Positions 60,145-64,000 of a DNA stretch of 64,000 bases are shown here, one piece after another (positions within the stretch are counted from its first letter, which is position 1; every line of letters starts with the position of its first letter). Source of the DNA: Neodothiora populina (Eukaryota). Position numbers and translations under genes: made by a program. The notes below the pieces were generated by a model. It ran no database searches. It was not told the DNA's origin and worked only from the letters and a program-made list of their open reading frames with translations. The stretch is taken from positions 2,604,001 through 2,668,000 of the forward strand of contig NW_027191413.1 of NCBI RefSeq assembly GCF_041146345.1. Direction: 5' to 3'.

Positions 60145-61769
60145 GTGCTGAAGGGAGCTAGACAGCAGTGATGATGAGAATGCTGAGATTGATGACAGAC
60201 GAGTGAGACAGAGCCTCCATGAGAACAAAAAGGACGAGGCGCAGATGACCTAGTCAATCTACCCGAAATACAAGAGGGTTCAAGGGTAGAAAATTGAGAA
60301 GAATCAGAACAACTTAGTTGCTACTATAGACTTGAAGCAAAATTGCCAAAGAAAAATGCTGCGGCAGACTCGCGTGACTTCTATTACCAAGCACAGAGGG
60401 AAAGTAATATAGAACAATTAAGGACGAGGACTAGAGCAGTGATAAGCCTGGGGAATCGAGGTAGGAAGAAAAAAACAGGAACCACGAGCCAGCCTACCGT
60501 ATGATCTACATGCACATGGCAGAGAGCAAAGATGCAATCTTCCCTCTCTGGCCGAGTTCGACTACAGTACTCGACTTTCTCAGAGCTACAGTAAGGTTAT
60601 GGTTCCTGTGCCTTACAGGTATCAGGACAGAAAGTGTCGAATAGCATCCGCAGACTTCAGCTCCACACTGCGCCACAACAACGATCAATCCATGGTTCGG
60701 CGCATGCCTAGTCCCAGGCACAAGACTATAAAGTCATTGCACCAAGACACAGCACGTTTGCTGGAAGAACGAAAGAAGCACTATCCCGCGATGATCACCA
60801 CTTCACTTGAACCTGTGGATCAAGCAACCATGCTCTCGGCAGAGTTTATTGCGTGAGGTTGACCGGTCATTGCCTTGAGAGCAAGGAAGCCGACACGGCG
60901 ATGCCGAAGGGACCTGAGGCGCGAGAAGTAAACAGTGTAGTCTGAGATATGTGTACGTATTGTGTCAAAGAAATGGCACATAGCATGGTGGGATGTAGTA
61001 AGTTTTGTGGACCCGAAACCGTCTTGGCTTGAGAGACGCTGATCTGATTGGACACCCAGGACTGATGATCGTCAGGAACCTTGGCTTCGCCACTGTACAA
61101 AGCACAGCCTCTGAGGCGGAACGTGAATTTGCCACATAAATGTGGCTTTGCTCAAGGTTCTGGCCGTGGCTGCAGCTGGCATGTGACATGTGCTAATTAT
61201 CGAGTACCGCACAGTGCCATATACCGCAATTCTCTCACTGGACCAGTGTGGAACATCACACTACTCAGATTATCTACATTGTTTATAACAGCAATTCCAG
61301 GACAAATGTGGGACTGCAATCCAGGATCGATCCAACAGATCCGACGGGGAATATCTTAGTGTAGGACTCATTCAACTTTGATACGCCATGGCCATCGTTT
61401 GGTACTCGTGCTGATTGTGGGAGCACACGTTTCTTCGGCCTTACCGACTTAGTGGATATAGTTTCCTATGAAGTTCAGGGTTGCTTACTCGCGTTGCACA
61501 CACAGTACCTTAGTCTGCTTCGCTTCCCTTTGAATCAAAGCAATATAGTTATGTAGCATGGTCGTTGATCACAACGTAGCTTTGCGTCAACGAAAGTCCT
61601 GGAGAAAGCTGCAGGTTTAGAGGAAATTTTCTTCCAACAGTACTGCACAGGGTTGACGTGTTCTCAAACTCCACCTTAAGCTTCATCATAGGGTATTTAT
61701 GCCTGCAAGATAATTATATAGACCAGTAAACCTCATTGTGTAATCTGCTTTGAGAGGGAGATGCTCTCC

Positions 61770-64000
61770 TCACGACTCCGAAGCTCCAGCATTGGTACCA
61801 GTCAATCCTTGACGAGCTTTGAGAGTCAGATTCTGCAGCCCTGTGACAAGTGACTCACCCACTGCGTCTACTGCGCCTTTCGGACTGAAGAGAGATGGCG
61901 CTTGTACCTGGCCGGCTTTGATTCTGAACAGCTTGATCTTCGTGTTGCTCCATATACCGCTTCCAGATACAGCTGCACGTTCGACATCCTGTGAAGCCAC
62001 CAGGCCCCAATAAAATGCCGCATACATGGCGGTGAAGGGCGGCTGAATGTAGAATTTGTGTAAAAGATGTTTGCTGGGCTCCAGGCAGGTACTCCCACAT
62101 TCACGCACTGGTTTTGTCACTTCCGGTACCGTTAGTGCATCCATTGCCGCACGAGTTGGTTCCGTTCCTATGGCTGACAACACATGGTCTATCCAGGCAT
62201 CGAGAGAAACTACAAGGCAAAGTGTTGTGCTAAGTGGCATCTGCTGAAACAGCGCCTGGACCTGATATCATCAGTAGGAACATGATTGGGGCGTTGAGAT
62301 GGCTTACAATGTCTAGGTCACCATTTGCCATGGAGGTATCTTTGGGGTTGTCGCCTGACACACTTTGAGGCTTTTTTCCCATAGCCTTCGCAGATAAGAT
62401 AGAGACCTTCTCGGCGTCTAGAATCTGGCGAGATCCCCTACGGCTTCGAGGTTCGAGAGGAAAGTCTGATAAAGAAGCGATGGAGTTCCTGGGGCTACCG
62501 AGTTGGTCCCAGGGATCCGATCGATAGTCAGGTCTTTCGAGGCGGCGTTTGTTCATCTCTACAATATGCGACGCCTCGACCAGAGGGATTAGTACAGAGC
62601 CATCAGGAGATTGCAAAGGATCAGTAAAGCCTTCCTGTCGGATAGTCTCTGCGAAGGACTTGAACGATTCATCGGAGCACATGCGGAGATCAGCGAGATG
62701 CTCGAATGTGCGACCATACTTCCATACGGCCCAAATTATGTTTTCATTCTCTACTATGTCGTCAGTAAGAGCACTGTAGCTTGGATATTGAACACGTACC
62801 GTGGCCAGCTTTATGTTCTTCGACAAATGTGTTGATTGCCCTCACGAGGTTGCTTGTGATGACTGTATTCAGCTCGGTGGTCACCAGCGTCCGATCGCGA
62901 GAAACCAGATCCAAGACTTGCATCATCTTCAAACTGGTCGCACGGCCTAGTTCCACGACGTATGGTGAGATGTTGACGATTATACCCACGATGGAAGCAG
63001 ACATGGCATTGATTCGTCCGTGATGATCAGGTTTGAGAATGGTACAGAGCCACTGTCTGGTGTCAGCAATAAACTCTAGGGTCCTCTGAGCAAAGACGAA
63101 CATACTGTTAATAAGTAGTCCGCATATGACCCATGGAAGTTCTTTATCTGCATGAACGTAGGCAGGTTGTCGTGGCCTTCGAAAGGCTTGTTCAACGAAG
63201 ATGCATACGCAGGGCTTTCGCTCATAACCTGTAGGCACAGGACGCTGACCCTCACAACGCCTTCCATGCTAGAGTTGGGGTCAAGAATATAGAATAACAG
63301 GAACACAGTTAGCTCGAACTGTCGTCCAGTCTCACAGACGAAAGCGCGAAAGTATTTGTTGCAGTACATGGCTTCCCACAACAGGGGCAGGATTTCATGA
63401 GCCCAGTTCAGGGGTCTTTGAACGATGTGCAGCGCATTGCTGCTCGCTTCCAACTGCAGGTTGAATCAGTATTGCGTGATGTTCGGGAAGAAGGAATTAC
63501 GTACTGGCTGACGCAGTATTTTCGCAATGCCCTCGGCAAGGAACTGCAGATGGGTTGCTTTGTGTAGATGAGAGAACAAATCGCGGAATTTGTTTTGGGG
63601 TGGATGACCCTCCGGGTCGCTCCAAGGAGCGCGATTCAGGAGGTTGACAAGCAGGAAGTGTAAGCAAGTCCGGACATGAGTCTCATGCACCTCCTTCGGA
63701 CTTTCACCGTAGCGGATATATCTCGCATCGGGTTGAAACTTCATGACGGTGTTCAAGAGAGAGCACAGAAGATACTGGACCTTCTTACGGTCGGGATGGT
63801 TAGAGATACACAACACAGCCTCACCTCCGCCAAGGGAGTATTCGCCTGCAGGTCATTCAGCATCGCCTGACGGGGTCATATAGGAGTAACGTCAAAGACT
63901 GCTCACCTGTAGTCATGTATATACTCTTGCTTTCGAGGGTTAGTAACAACTGCAATATTTCTGTCCTTCTACTTTCGAACTCTTTGCTTGTGTCGAGACG
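61770..64000 (-). CDS. HID1: HID1/Ecm30 family Golgi protein (5' part lies outside the window)
   Basis: Exons with QYLLCSLLNTVMK, LNKPFEGHDNLP...FHGSYADYL, IIVNISPY, IWSNTKIKLFRIK; several introns; truncated by the window end. Confidence 0.8.

Overview
Eukaryotic, intron-containing DNA from a filamentous ascomycete (Dothideomycetes-like; taxon inferred, not established). About 21 protein-coding genes. Most are housekeeping: TAF11, ASE1, LCB2, NAD kinase, DMA1, MAS2, glycogen synthase, TRM3, a short kinesin-3, PRP45, YIH1 and HID1. The accessory genes are more interesting: (1) a stand-alone, intronless 1681-aa membrane NRPS-like polymer synthetase (A-T-[TM+repeat]x3; poly-lysine/poly-malate synthetase architecture) with an oxalate-CoA-ligase-like A domain and a duplicated A-subdomain; (2) an uncharacterised processive GT2 with dense PKA motifs; (3) a malonate-semialdehyde-decarboxylase-like tautomerase behind a tight cluster of GATAAG sites, close to a peroxisome-targeted (-SKL) NMO/PA1024-type flavoenzyme; (4) an epoxide-hydrolase-like pseudoenzyme; (5) a 2OG-Fe(II) oxygenase with a micro-exon and decayed duplicates of its 3' end; (6) two small secreted proteins. 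Two genes show single-base indels in G homopolymers, which may be assembly errors. No tRNA, rRNA, CRISPR array or intact mobile element was recognised. All family assignments come from motif recognition, not database searches.
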